Positions 1 through 10,367 of a stretch of 64,000 nt of DNA are shown here, piece after piece. Made by a program: the position numbers and the translations under genes. The number at the start of each line of letters is the position of its first letter. Within the stretch, counting starts at the first letter, position 1. The DNA comes from an uncultured bacterium (GTDB lineage: Bacteria > Verrucomicrobiota > Verrucomicrobiia > Limisphaerales > UBA8199), in assembly GCA_963749495.1 (NCBI GenBank), contig CAVVMW010000015.1, forward strand, positions 1-64,000, read 5' to 3'. The notes beneath the pieces are model-generated. The model did not search any database, was not told the DNA's origin, and saw only the letters and a list, made by a program, of their open reading frames with translations.

Positions 1-688
1 ATACCCACCCTCAAGGACCTGCTCCGGGACTTGGACCTGCGCGGCACCTTGGTCAGCGCCGACGCGCTCAATACGCAAACCGCCACCGCCGACCATGTGG
101 TGCAAGAAAAAAAGGCCGACTACCTCCTGGTCGTCAAAGCCAATCAACCCAAGCTCTTTGACAAACTGGCCCGCCTGTCTCACGCGCCGAAAGGCGTTTT
201 TTCCCCCTGAGCACATCACGATTGACCAAGGCCATGGACGGCATGAAACCCGCGAGGTCTGGCCCTTTGAAGTCACACCCCAACAGTGCGGCTTCCCACA
301 CGCCCTCCAAGCCGCCGTCATCGTGCGCACTACTCACCATCTCAAAGCCGTTCGCGTTACCGAAGAGGCCGAACTGGTCTTGAGCAGCCGCCCCAATGCG
401 CAGATGGATGCGGCGCAATTGCAGGCCTTTCGCCGTGGCCATTGGAGCATCGAGTCGGTCCACTACGTGCGCGATGTCACTTTCGGCGAAGATGCTTGCA
501 CCGTCCGCACCGGCCACGGCCCGCAAAACCTGGGTGCCTTGCGCAACCTGGTCATCGGCCTCTGTGCCCTGGATGCTGCCCGCCAGCACAAAGCCACCTC
601 CTATCTGCCACGCTTTCGCTGTGCCGCCAGGAACAATCGCCGCTTGGCCATCGACCTGGTCGGTCGTCCTCTGCTCAATAACACCTGA
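1..688 (+). mobile_element. ISAs1-family transposase, 3' part (5' end outside window), split by a +1 frame change at ~197-210
   Basis: Frame 1 reads IPTLKDLL..VSADALNTQ..DYLLVVKANQPKL. The next frame reads GHGRHETR..RGHWSIESVHYVRDVTFGED..NLGALRN. These are ISAs1 DDE motifs. Confidence 0.85.
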
Positions 689-896
689 TGGGGTGCTCCC
701 CTGAGTCTGAGCATCGGTTCGGCTCTGATCGGTCTGGTCTCTCTGCATGCCGGACGTTTCTATGGCTTCCCACATTGCTGCCCGGATCTGAGCAAATCCT
801 TCCTATAACAGCCTGGCAATTCACACTGCGCGAGCCGTTGTGGCGACGAGATCCTCGCCTGCGCTCACGCCCCGATTCCACCCGACAAGGGCCGTT

Positions 897-1697
897 CTAA
901 ACGCCGAAGCCGTGGTCGTCCAGGTAACGCTTCAGTTGTGCAACTCCCCCAGGTTTGATCTGAACAACGATGCCGCTATCATAGGCCTCCTGCATTCGCT
1001 CCTTCGTCCAGCGCCATACACGCTTCACACCAAGGAACTCGTATGTCAAATTCGGGCGGTCAGGATTTGGATTGTTCAGATTATCAAGCCGATACAGTCA
1101 ACCGTCTGGGTCCCGGTGGCAGTATTTCGTGGCGGTCTTCTCATCGAGATTATCAGCGTCGTATGGTGCGTAAGGCCGGTTGAAGATGATGTCAGCGCCG
1201 CCACCATAGAGCAAGATTGTATCGTGGTTGTTGGGGAAGCCGGTGAATGCCAAGCCCTTCGCCAAGGTCCTGTGCCAGATGATTTCGCTTTGAAAGTTGC
1301 TCTCGCCGAATATCTGGTCCACCATCACCTTGACGTAATGAGAGGCGTGCCAATCGCAGTGGTAATAAAAGCTGCCGGTCTTCTTGAGGACACGGGCCAG
1401 TTCTACGCACCTTGGCCGCATGAAGTCAATATACGCCTGGGTGCTGGCATGGCGGTCCTCGAAAGACCGTTTCTCCTTGGTCTCGCCCCAGAAGACCTCG
1501 TAGTTGCGGTTGGAGTTGAAGGGCGGGTCAATATAGATGAGGTCAATGCAGGCGTCAGGGAGTTTCTTGAGCTGCTCCAGGTTGTCGCCGCAGTAGATGG
1601 CCCTGGTGTCTATGGAACTGGACGGCCTGAGACGACCAGATGGGGGCGCTTGAGCTTCCTGCACCTGGTCTTTCGGTTGCCTGGACTTGATGGCCAT
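897..1697 (-). pseudogene. Site-specific DNA methyltransferase (N4/N6, beta-class) fragment
   Basis: IYCGDNL..DLIYIDPPFNS motif. An in-frame TGA at 1098-1100 is followed by more homologous sequence (LYRLDNL..WRWTKERM..KRYLD), then truncation before the SAM-binding FxGxG motif. Confidence 0.8.
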
Positions 1698-2446
1698 GTG
1701 CGCAAGACTATTCGATTCCGCTGCCCAGGTCAATGCAGCAGTCGAGCGTCCTGACCAAGTGAAACTCAAGGATACCGGGCTCTTGCTGTGATTTTGCCGT
1801 GTCTCAGCGCCGGGATTCCCGAGGGAGCGCCGTTGAGCAGTTAGGGGCGCTCAGAAAGAACTCTGGGCCAAAACCTTCATCCCAAGTGATTGCCCGAGAA
1901 GACGATATGAACAAAGTGATTCCCAGGCTTGACGGGCTTTAGGCGATATGATAAAAGTCACAACTGTTTCCAGGACAGGCTGATATCGTCAGCCGACGCC
2001 GCGCACGCACAACGCCCGGAAGGGAAGGAAGGGTGAAATGACAAGGCCGTTTAACGGTCGGCCGGGTTGGGTGATTGGATTCCTCAAATCACCCGCAGGA
2101 GGGATGAACTGCATCTGGTTCCGCACTGCTGGCATTCTTCTGGACCTCGTTTCCCAAGGAGAAGGCTGATGAAATTACCCCCTCGTTTTGTTCCACTGGG
2201 AATTGTGGTGCGTGCCATCACGGGGTCAGTTTTGGCGCAGGCGACTGCTTGTTCCTGGCGGAGCCGCAATCACGTCTTGAGCCATGAAAGTGACGAGCCT
2301 TTAACCGACGCAGACACCATTGTCCCTACGCATGGGGTGTTGTCTGACGCCGAGAGATTTCGCCACCGAAGAACGGCGGCGGAAGCAGCAAAACAACAAA
2401 CCAAACCTCAGGTGTTTGTCACCTAAAACAGAAAGGAACGCAGAAT

Positions 2447-3517
2447 ATGAACATCAAATCGCTTAACCATTCAACGAGAAGCGGACTGCTAGCGTGGCCG
2501 CCCGGCCTGAGCAGTTGCTTGGGCCTTGTGCTTGCCGCAATGGTCTGCACCACGAGCCTCAACGTCCAAGCCCAACTGCCGGAAGCGTCTGGAGGTTACA
2601 CCATTCAGGTGGTTGAACCGCCTGGGGGCACCACCAATCTCTGGTTGTGCTCCATCAACAACAGCGGCATGGTCGTGATCGGCTATTATACCACAACTTC
2701 ACTACCGTCCGGATGTGGTGAGAGCGCAATCCTTGAGAAGGGAGTGTGGAAGCCGGTTCAAGCTTGTGTTGGCAAGTCTGCCTATGCCTATACTGGGCCA
2801 ACCAACCCCAACAACTCTGGACGGATAGCAGTCTGCTACAATGACGCCGCACACGCTGGTGGCTGCATCTGCCATCACGCTATTTACTATAATGGAAAGC
2901 TCACCCCGTTTGGGGCAAACGGTTATCCGACCTACGAAGGGTGGAATTGGTGCATCACGGCCATCAACGACTCTGCTGTCGTCTATGGCTACGCATGGGA
3001 CTCAGCAGAGAGCGATAGCGGAGGGAATCACGCGCATGGCTTGTTGGTGAACGCGTCGCTGTCGTTGTTCGAGGTCTTCGATCCCCCTGGTTCCGGGTGC
3101 ACGGTCGAGGGGCTTGGGGGGATCAACAATCACGGCACAGTCGTGGGCCAGTATCTCAAATGGACAGGGCCGGGTCCTTGGGACGGGACGTGGCATGGTT
3201 TCGTGAGCGACTACGGCAGGACGTCTCTGGATTTGGACGTACCCGACCCTTCAAAGAACACGCTACCTGAAGGCATCAACAACAAGGGAGCGATCTGTGG
3301 CGCTTGGAACGAATCGGCCTCCGTGGCAAATTGGTATGCTTCAGGCACCCACGGATTCTTGCTGCTCCAGGGCAAATTCTCCGCCTTCAACATACCCGGC
3401 GAGAGTTGGACTCTTCTTGATTGTATCAACGACAAAGGGCAAGTGGCTGGTGTGTACGGTGATCAGAACGGGAAACCGCATGGCTTCATCGCCACGCCCA
3501 AGCGTAGTGGCAGTTAA
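2447..3517 (+). CDS. Secreted protein with HAF/HGF-type extracellular repeats (beta-propeller-like)
   Basis: N-terminal signal peptide and repeated GINNxGxxxG...HGF motifs. Confidence 0.75.
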   Translation: MNIKSLNHSTRSGLLAWPPGLSSCLGLVLAAMVCTTSLNVQAQLPEASGGYTIQVVEPPGGTTNLWLCSINNSGMVVIGYYTTTSLPSGCGESAILEKGVWKPVQACVGKSAYAYTGPTNPNNSGRIAVCYNDAAHAGGCICHHAIYYNGKLTPFGANGYPTYEGWNWCITAINDSAVVYGYAWDSAESDSGGNHAHGLLVNASLSLFEVFDPPGSGCTVEGLGGINNHGTVVGQYLKWTGPGPWDGTWHGFVSDYGRTSLDLDVPDPSKNTLPEGINNKGAICGAWNESASVANWYASGTHGFLLLQGKFSAFNIPGESWTLLDCINDKGQVAGVYGDQNGKPHGFIATPKRSGS

Positions 3518-3622
3518 GGTTTGAGCGGGCTGGGGAGTGTGCGGGTTTCAGACACCACACACTCCCTGGGGTTGGGGAGTCTCAGGATAAGATCGTTATG
3601 AGGGTTTGTAACTATTCAGGTC

Positions 3623-5074
3623 TTACGGGCCTCTGGGAGGGGCTGAGGGGATGAACGGGGTGCCGGCGACGGCCTTTTCCAGCGCGTCAAGGATGTTGCG
3701 GCCCTGCTTGCGGCAGGTGGAGATGTAGCTGCGAATGCGCGCGAAGACCCTGGCCCCGTGCAGGGTGCGGAAACAGCCCGAGACCTTTTGGCGGGTCTTC
3801 TCCATGCGCAGGTCGCGCTCGGCGCCGTTGTTGGTGAACGGGACTTCCTCAAAGACGGTAAAGGCCAGCACGCTCCACTCGAAGTCCTCCAGGCGATCCA
3901 GCAGGTTGGCAGCCTTGCTTTGCGCCCGGTTGCCCTGCTGGCGGGGATGGCGGCGGCGGCCCGCTTGGACAATGGCGCGATACTGGCGGCGCAGGCGCTT
4001 GAATTGCCACTCCTCCAACACGCCGTGCTTTTTGCGACGTTCCAGGCAGCCGAGCAGGAAGGCGCTCATCTGCTGGGCCCAGGCTTCGTGCTGTTCTTGC
4101 CACAGGAACTTGAGTTCGCGCAGATGGTGCTCGTTGCACAGGGCGTGCAGGCACTGGTCGTAGGTGAAATAGGGTTTCCAATGGTCGTGGATAAGGAAGC
4201 CGGTGCAGCGGGGCAGGATGCCGAAGTAATCCATCGCCTCGGTGCCGCGCTTGGGATGGACGCCGTAGAAAGTGAGGTGGGCGTTACTGACGACGTGAAG
4301 CCAGTGCAAGCTCTTGGCCACGCGCAGGCCGCTCTCATCGCAATGATTGACCGGGGCTTGGGGCAACTGTTGCCCCAGCGTTTGCTCGAAGGGGGCCAGG
4401 TGTTCGTAAGCCCGTTGATTGGCCGAGGCGATGGTCGCCTCGCTCAAGGGCTGGCCGTAGAGGTCTTGGCAGATTTGGGTCAACCGCTGATACGGGATGA
4501 AGTGCTGGTCGTTGAGATAGACCATCTGGGCCTTGAAGCGTGGGCCGTATTGGGCCGGGGCGATGACGCCCTCGGGGAACGTGGCGGTGACCCGCCGCCC
4601 GGAGACGGGGCAGCGTTTGATCTCGGCCCGGTGTTCGGTCACTTCCAGCGGCTTTTCGGGCAACTCGAAGACCTGGCGCTTCTCGTAGTCCAGGACCGGC
4701 TCGGAGCGCAAGTCCCGGCCCTGGCAAGCGCCGCAGGGACAGCGTTGGAGCCGATGCATGCGCACGTGATCCGGCTCGCGCACGGGCTGGAGGGTTCGGC
4801 CCGGATGCCCGGGCTGGCCGCCGGGCCGGCGGCCGGTTTTTTGGCGCAGGGACTTGGGGGCCGGTTTGGCCAATCCATCCGAGCTGGGCGGTTTGCTGCT
4901 ATTGGTGCTGTTGAGGGCCAGGCGGGCTTGGAGTTCTTTGACTTGACGGCGTAGCGCATCCCGTTGCCGACACACTTGCCGCAGCCTGGCCGCCAGGCGC
5001 AGCGCCCACTCGACGAGCCGGGCTGGGGCCGTGCGGGCCAAGGCCAAGAGTTGCTGGCGGCTCTTCAGGCGCAT
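3623..5074 (-). CDS. IS66 transposase (TnpC-like)
   Basis: Motifs NSTNSSKPPSSD, GGQPGHPG, HCDESG, CNEHHLREL and TNNGAERDLR..KVSGCFR. ATG at 5074 overlaps the end of the DUF4338 gene. Confidence 0.92.
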   Translation of the reverse strand: MRLKSRQQLLALARTAPARLVEWALRLAARLRQVCRQRDALRRQVKELQARLALNSTNSSKPPSSDGLAKPAPKSLRQKTGRRPGGQPGHPGRTLQPVREPDHVRMHRLQRCPCGACQGRDLRSEPVLDYEKRQVFELPEKPLEVTEHRAEIKRCPVSGRRVTATFPEGVIAPAQYGPRFKAQMVYLNDQHFIPYQRLTQICQDLYGQPLSEATIASANQRAYEHLAPFEQTLGQQLPQAPVNHCDESGLRVAKSLHWLHVVSNAHLTFYGVHPKRGTEAMDYFGILPRCTGFLIHDHWKPYFTYDQCLHALCNEHHLRELKFLWQEQHEAWAQQMSAFLLGCLERRKKHGVLEEWQFKRLRRQYRAIVQAGRRRHPRQQGNRAQSKAANLLDRLEDFEWSVLAFTVFEEVPFTNNGAERDLRMEKTRQKVSGCFRTLHGARVFARIRSYISTCRKQGRNILDALEKAVAGTPFIPSAPPRGP

Positions 5075-5934
5075 AGGTGGCGGCGAAACTGCGGGTCCAG
5101 CGGATAGACCCACACCGCCTTGGGGCAGACCTGGGGCCGATTGCTCCGGTCGTTGCGGGTGCGGCCGGTGGTCTGGCCCAACGCGATCCAATTGGCGGCG
5201 CGATAACAGGCGCCGGTGAAACGGGAGGTGTCCACGAAGGTCTCCACCAGATGGAGCGGCCGGGCGTATTTGCGCTGCCAGTCCTGGGCCAGACGGCGCA
5301 AGACCAGACTCAGCGCGTGGCTGGCCAAGTTGGGCGTGGCGACCCAGGGCAACACGATGAAACGCGTGTTGTTGGTCAGCGCCTGCAAATGCGCGCGCCG
5401 CGCGGCGGGGCTCCAGCCGATAAACTGGTCGCGGGGGGCGCACTGCCAGGCGGCCGAGCCAAAGAGCAGGCAACTGAGCGGTCGCCCGCAGCGATCCAGC
5501 ACCAGGTACTTCAGATTGAGGCCCACCGTGCCGGTGTAGCCCAGATAATGATAGCGATGCAGCAGCCAGTCGAAGAGCGGCCGTTGGTCCGGCCATTGGC
5601 TTAATTCCCGCACCTCCAGTGGCTGCAAAGCCTCCAGCGGCCCGGCGAGGGGTTGGGTGCCATGGGCCACCGGGCGCAGTTGCTGGCGGCGCATGCGATT
5701 GCAAGGCACGCAGCGGCGCGGCGGCAAGACCAGCAGGCCCCGCGCTTCCAATTTGACCAACAGCGCGCGGGCGGCCATGTCTTGGAGTCGGCCTTTGGGG
5801 TCCCGCCAAGCCCACCGTTGACACAGCGCGCGGGACAGCCTGCGGCGACTCCATTGGGGGTGCTGCCCGAGCAACTGGCGGACTTGGTCCAACTGCTCCG
5901 CACCGAGCAAACGGCCCTGCACGGTCAAGGTCAT
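5065..5934 (-). CDS. DUF4338 (DruA-like) domain protein
   Basis: Motifs YHYLGY, RDQFIGW, NNTRFIVLPWV..NLASHAL and LVETFVD..FTGACYRAANW..GQTTGRTRND. Confidence 0.88.
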   Translation of the reverse strand: MTLTVQGRLLGAEQLDQVRQLLGQHPQWSRRRLSRALCQRWAWRDPKGRLQDMAARALLVKLEARGLLVLPPRRCVPCNRMRRQQLRPVAHGTQPLAGPLEALQPLEVRELSQWPDQRPLFDWLLHRYHYLGYTGTVGLNLKYLVLDRCGRPLSCLLFGSAAWQCAPRDQFIGWSPAARRAHLQALTNNTRFIVLPWVATPNLASHALSLVLRRLAQDWQRKYARPLHLVETFVDTSRFTGACYRAANWIALGQTTGRTRNDRSNRPQVCPKAVWVYPLDPQFRRHLCA

Positions 5935-6164
5935 GCCCGGATGATGGCACGAGTGGGGCCTGGAGTCCAGGTACGGATGAGCAAAAAAGTGAGAAAAAAG
6001 CGAATCAAAGCTCGTGCGCCAACGAAGGCGGTGCTTAAATTCCCCTGATTAGACCTGAATAGTTACGAGGGTTTTTGGAGCGAGAGGTGATGGAGCTGGT
6101 GCGGGCTGGATTCTCCTTGACTCTGCCGCTCGTGAGGCGTATAATCTTGCTGACACTGGATTTT

Positions 6165-7118
6165 ATGAAAGGGCCTTACCGGAAACTGGAGCCGGTGAAC
6201 ACCTTTGGACTTGGCGGGAGGTTCAACGGCAATCCAGCATTTACCCTAATCGAACTGCTGGTGGTTATCGCCGTCATTGCGATACTGGCTGCGCTGCTGC
6301 TTCCTGCTCTGAATCGCGCAAAATCAGCAGCGGATTCCGCCGCTTGCCGCAGCAACTTGCACCAGCTCATGTTGGGCATCAGCATGTACGCGCAGCAAGG
6401 GGGCGCCTATCCCGACAACCGCGAGTACGTTCCGCGCGAGGTTCTACCTTTCGTGCCAGACTCGTACCCAAGCAACAACTACACCAACCGAAACGGCGGC
6501 GGCGCTTCCTACCTTGGTCCGGGTTCCGGCGTTTATGCCTGTCCGGGCTACAACCGGGTGCGGGGCCAGTTCGCAGGCTGGCTGCCGCCAATCTATCCGC
6601 GGAACTATCGCGTCTTCTATGGAAGTTACGGGTACAATGATATGGGGTTGTACCTGGGGGGAGTGAACTGGTCGGCAAGGGCGTATGGTCTTGGCTTCGT
6701 ATCGGTCGGGGGAATGAACACGATCCCGGCGGTCTATGAAAATGAGGTGGCCGTTCCGAGCGACATGATCGCGATGGCCGACGCGGTTTTCTGGACGGGC
6801 GTCGATTTGGACGGGCCGGCGCCCACCTACGGCGTCCCCAGCGGATTGACGGATTTGTGCAACACTTTCACTGACTGGCCGTCGTATTTCGAGGTCGTTT
6901 ACGGTATAGGTTATGCGCCGCGTGTTCTGGCGTACGCGACGCGCCACGGCGGGCGATGGAACGTGGGGTTTCTGGATGCGCACGTCGAGAACCTGCGGGC
7001 CAATGACCTATTCAACCCCTTCAATGCCAACGCGGCCCGGCGATGGAACAGAGACCACCAGCCGCATAACGAAGGCTGGCAGTTTCCCGACAATTGGCAG
7101 CCGCCACGTCGGCCATAG
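6165..7118 (+). CDS. Prepilin-type N-terminal cleavage/methylation domain protein (DUF1559 / H-X9-DG type)
   Basis: [32 protein letters not shown] and C-terminal [16 protein letters not shown]. Confidence 0.9.
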   Translation: MKGPYRKLEPVNTFGLGGRFNGNPAFTLIELLVVIAVIAILAALLLPALNRAKSAADSAACRSNLHQLMLGISMYAQQGGAYPDNREYVPREVLPFVPDSYPSNNYTNRNGGGASYLGPGSGVYACPGYNRVRGQFAGWLPPIYPRNYRVFYGSYGYNDMGLYLGGVNWSARAYGLGFVSVGGMNTIPAVYENEVAVPSDMIAMADAVFWTGVDLDGPAPTYGVPSGLTDLCNTFTDWPSYFEVVYGIGYAPRVLAYATRHGGRWNVGFLDAHVENLRANDLFNPFNANAARRWNRDHQPHNEGWQFPDNWQPPRRP

Positions 7119-7503
7119 AGGGCCGGGATTCCCGGGTAGAGTGAGCAGCAATGCCCTCCACCTCTGGTCGCCATTGCCCACCAAGCAATCAACAGCCACT
7201 CACAGGAGCGGCCCATAGCTAAAGTTGAGAGCTAAAGTCCCTGCTGGTCATAACCAAAAAGGGGTCGGTTCTCAGTATGGATTCCGCAGAAAAACCCCCT
7301 GTTTTTGGAGATAAGCGGAGGTGCATGAAAAGTGTCGGGAATTCTTACGCGCTAATTTGGTCTGTACGCGATTTGAATGACCGAGGGATACATCAGACAT
7401 GGTCTTTTTCACTGTCTCTTTTTGATCAGAGGGGTTTTTCAGCAGAATCAGTATGTTGAACTTGGTCTTGACAACACCCCGCCGCCGCCCTACGCTGGCG
7501 CAC

Positions 7504-7674
7504 GTGGCCAGAAAACTCAGAGTCCAATATCCCGGCGCGATCTACAACGTCGTGAACCGTGGTGACCAGCGCGAGCCCCTCTTTCGCTCGCACAAGGATC
7601 GCGAGATGTTCCTGGAAACGCTGGGGCAGGCGTGCGAGAAGACCGACTGGCAGGTCCATAAATCACACGAATGA
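7504..7674 (+). pseudogene. N-terminal fragment of a RAYT-type HUH transposase
   Basis: ARKLRVQYPGAIYNVVNRGDQRE..FLETLGQACEKTDWQVH matches the N-terminus of 52886-53839 but stops before the HUH motif. Confidence 0.85.
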
Positions 7675-7853
7675 AGTCCCGGAAAACTGAAAACTGGAAG
7701 CGCGCAGCCAGAACATCGCGTCAGAACTAGTCTGCGATCAAACGCAGATCAGAATTGCCTGAGCGACCCCTTCGCCTTCACGACAGTTCCAATCCCACAC
7801 GCCGCGCTTCGCGTGCTTGACTTCACTCGGGTCATGGGATTAACACCTTTGGC

Positions 7854-8780
7854 ATGAATGCCGCGTTCTGGTGCCGGCTTGCCCTCGCCGGGGCCTTTTG
7901 GCTGGGGCTGGTGCCGGCGGGGGCGGAGACATTCCGCGTCGCCACCTACAACGTTGAGAGTTACCTGGACGTCCCCACGCAGGAGCGCCCCGCCAAGGCT
8001 GCGGAGGCCAAGGACAAGGTCTGCGAGAGCATCCTCGCCCTCAGGCCGCAAGTGCTGGCCCTGCAGGAGATAGGGCGCCCCGCCGCGCTCGAGGAGTTGC
8101 GCGCCTCGCTCAAGGCCCGGGGCCTCGACTTGCCTTACAAGGAGCACGTAGCCGGTTTCGACACCAACATCCACGTGGCCATCCTGAGCCGGTTTCCGTT
8201 CACCGCCCGCCGCTCCCATACCAACGAGGATTTCCTGCTGGGCGGACGCCGCTTCCGCATCAGCCGCGGTTTTGGCGAAGTCAATGTCCGGGTCAACAGC
8301 CACTATTCTTTCACCCTCATCACCGCCCACCTCAAGTCCCGGCGCCCGCTGGCCGTGGCCGACGAGGCCGAGTTGCGCCTCCAAGAGGCCAAACGGCTCC
8401 GCGAGATCATCGAGGCGCGCTTCGCGGCCAATCCCGGCCTGAACCTGGTCGTGCTGGGCGATTTCAACGACACTTGCGACTCCGCCTCCATTCGCGCCAT
8501 CATCGGCCGCGGCAAACACAAACTGGTCGATACGCGCCCTGCCGAGCCCAATGGCGACAACGCCCCCAACTCGAACCCGGCCTGGGCGCCGCGCGCTATC
8601 ACCTGGACGGACTACTACGGCAAGAGCGACACCTATTCCCGGATCGATTTCATTCTGTTGAGCCCCGGCATGGCTCGCGCATGGGTGACGAACCAAACCT
8701 ACGTGCTGGCCCTCCCCAACTGGGGCATTGCGTCAGACCATCGCCCCATCGTCGCGACCTTCGAGGCGGCGGAGAGGTGA
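7854..8780 (+). CDS. Secreted endonuclease/exonuclease/phosphatase family protein
   Basis: Signal peptide and motifs ATYNVE, LQEI, HLKS, LGDFND, RIDFI and SDHRP. Confidence 0.9.
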   Translation: MNAAFWCRLALAGAFWLGLVPAGAETFRVATYNVESYLDVPTQERPAKAAEAKDKVCESILALRPQVLALQEIGRPAALEELRASLKARGLDLPYKEHVAGFDTNIHVAILSRFPFTARRSHTNEDFLLGGRRFRISRGFGEVNVRVNSHYSFTLITAHLKSRRPLAVADEAELRLQEAKRLREIIEARFAANPGLNLVVLGDFNDTCDSASIRAIIGRGKHKLVDTRPAEPNGDNAPNSNPAWAPRAITWTDYYGKSDTYSRIDFILLSPGMARAWVTNQTYVLALPNWGIASDHRPIVATFEAAER

Positions 8781-8854
8781 GGGACGGGGGGCGAGGGGCG
8801 GAGGAGGGGACAAATCACTTTTGGGACCGGTGCCGGGGTTTGGCCGCCGGGTTG

Positions 8855-8894
8855 CCCCTCACCCCGGCCCTCTCCCCATCAGATGGGGAGAGGG
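8855..8894. repeat. CCCCTCACCC-type palindromic repeat between convergent genes
   Basis: CCCTCTCCCCATC-A-GATGGGGAGAGGG hairpin; same family as 20062-20226. Confidence 0.7.
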
Positions 8895-8964
8895 AGGACC
8901 GCCGCCCGCTGACATGCGCTCGCCCCTCGCCCCTCGTCCCTCCTCTCATGCTGGTTGTTCGGCT

Positions 8965-9525
8965 TCAGAACCTGTAGCTCAGGGCCACTGCGTGGAGGTT
9001 GAGGCCGGGATTGCTTGTGCTGATGCCGGCGTTGGACATGTGCTGGAAACGGTAGCCCGCGCGCCAATGCTCCGTGATGTCCCAATACAACCCGATGTGG
9101 CTGGTGAACTGGAAGGGCTCGCCGAAGTTTTTCGTTTCGAAATCCGAGCGGGAAAGGAGGGTCGGACTGGACCCGCCCGCCAGGAAGATGGGAAACCCTT
9201 CGCGCCGCAGGGCCAGGACCGGACCGAGCGTGCCCACCGCAGCGCTGTCGCGGTTGTTTCCGAGCCAGCCGGCGGAGAGGTCCAGGCGGGTCTCAAGGTT
9301 CCACTTTTTCCCGAGGTCCCAATGCCAGGGCAGGTTAACATCCACGAAGGCCTCGGCCTGGTGGAAATCCCGGTTGGAAGAACTGGCGCCGGCGCCGAAA
9401 CGGGCGCCGGCCGACTCGAAGCTGAAATCTCCGGCTTGTCCGCTGGCGATCATGGCGAGCAGGAGACCGATGGCAGCCGGCTTGCGAAAGGGGCCGCGGC
9501 AACGAAGGGTCAGTAAGTAATCCAT
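8965..9525 (-). CDS. pagL: Acyloxyacyl hydrolase / lipid A 3-O-deacylase PagL-like outer-membrane protein
   Basis: FQFTSHIG..YRFQHMSNAGI..NPGLN catalytic motif and a terminal Phe. Confidence 0.85.
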   Translation of the reverse strand: MDYLLTLRCRGPFRKPAAIGLLLAMIASGQAGDFSFESAGARFGAGASSSNRDFHQAEAFVDVNLPWHWDLGKKWNLETRLDLSAGWLGNNRDSAAVGTLGPVLALRREGFPIFLAGGSSPTLLSRSDFETKNFGEPFQFTSHIGLYWDITEHWRAGYRFQHMSNAGISTSNPGLNLHAVALSYRF

Positions 9526-9591
9526 GTTGTTTGACAGTGGCACAGTCCACGGGATGAGGCAAGCGGTTACCGAGGGTCGAGGGAGGCAGGA

Positions 9592-9707
9592 AGTCCACAG
9601 TCCACAGTCCACAGTCCACAGTCCGCAGGCCGTCCTCGGTCCCCCGTCATTCGTCATTCGTCATTCGTCATTCGTCATTCCCCTCGCCCCTCGACCCTCG
9701 CCCCTCG
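9592..9707. repeat. Three clustered heptamer arrays: (AGTCCAC)~5, (CGTCATT)5, (CCCCTCG)~4
   Basis: Read directly from the sequence. Confidence 0.9.
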
Positions 9708-9710
9708 GCT

Positions 9711-10337
9711 TTACCGCCTCAGGAACTTGGCGACGGCTTCGGTGCGGGTGCGGACCTGGAGTTTTTCGTAGATGCGGCGGACGTAGGTGTGGACGGTTTC
9801 GTAGCTGATGCCGAGCTTGTCGGCGATTTCCTTGTAAAGGAAGCCGTGGCTGAGGCAATTGAGGACCTCCTGTTCGCGCTCGGAGAGGTTCTCGGTAGGC
9901 TGCGGGGAGGGGCCGGTTTTTTGGAAGGACTGGATGACCTTGCGGGCGATGTGGGTTGTCATGGGGGAGCCGCCGCGATTGACCTCGCGGATGGCCTCGA
10001 TCAACTCGGCGGACCGGGTGCGTTTGAGCAGGTAACCCGAGGCGCCCGCCGCCAGGGCGTTGAAGATGTTGTCGGTGTCCTCATAGACCGTGAGCATGAG
10101 GACCTGGCATTGGGGGGCCGCCGGTTTCAATTGGCGGACACATTCCACGCCGTTCATGCCCGGGAGGTTGATGTCCATCAGGACGACATCAGGGCGATCC
10201 TTTGGCAGGCCCTGGAGGGCCGCCTCGGCCGATGCGTAGTGGCTGACACAACGAAACCCCTCCGCGCGGCCAATGACCCGCGCCAGGGTCCCCCGCAGTT
10301 GCTCGTTGTCTTCGACGATGGAGACTGTAATTGGCAT
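9711..10337 (-). CDS. NarL/LuxR-family response regulator
   Basis: IVEDN..VLMDINLPG..GYLLK receiver domain plus LSEREQEVL..YKEIA HTH. Confidence 0.95.
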   Translation of the reverse strand: MPITVSIVEDNEQLRGTLARVIGRAEGFRCVSHYASAEAALQGLPKDRPDVVLMDINLPGMNGVECVRQLKPAAPQCQVLMLTVYEDTDNIFNALAAGASGYLLKRTRSAELIEAIREVNRGGSPMTTHIARKVIQSFQKTGPSPQPTENLSEREQEVLNCLSHGFLYKEIADKLGISYETVHTYVRRIYEKLQVRTRTEAVAKFLRR

Positions 10338-10367
10338 GATCTGATGTGGGCCGGTTGCGGCGATGGC

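Larger units (their letters stand above)
3608..6066 (-). mobile_element. Complete IS66-family element carrying a DUF4338 gene
   Basis: Perfect 16-bp TIR GTAACTATTCAGGTCT (3608-3623 / 6051-6066) and 8-bp TSD GAGGGTTT (3600-3607 / 6067-6074). Confidence 0.93.

Noticed and set aside
840..1754. Long antisense ORFs (e.g. 840-1754, 11593-13716, 22776-24662, 34834-36348, 57563-58813)
   Set aside because: They are shadows of real genes on the opposite strand in GC-rich DNA and have no recognisable motifs.
1770..2446. Possible riboswitch or ncRNA in the long leader of the HAF-repeat gene
   Set aside because: No consensus I can recognise; an Rfam/Infernal search would be needed.
5065..5934. Druantia anti-phage system
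   Set aside because: There is no DruE helicase or other dru gene, and the DUF4338 gene lies inside IS66 TIRs.
3623..5950. 775-aa ORF as one giant transposase
   Set aside because: The N-terminal ~290 aa are an out-of-frame, low-complexity shadow of the DUF4338 gene. Transposase similarity starts near ATG 5074.
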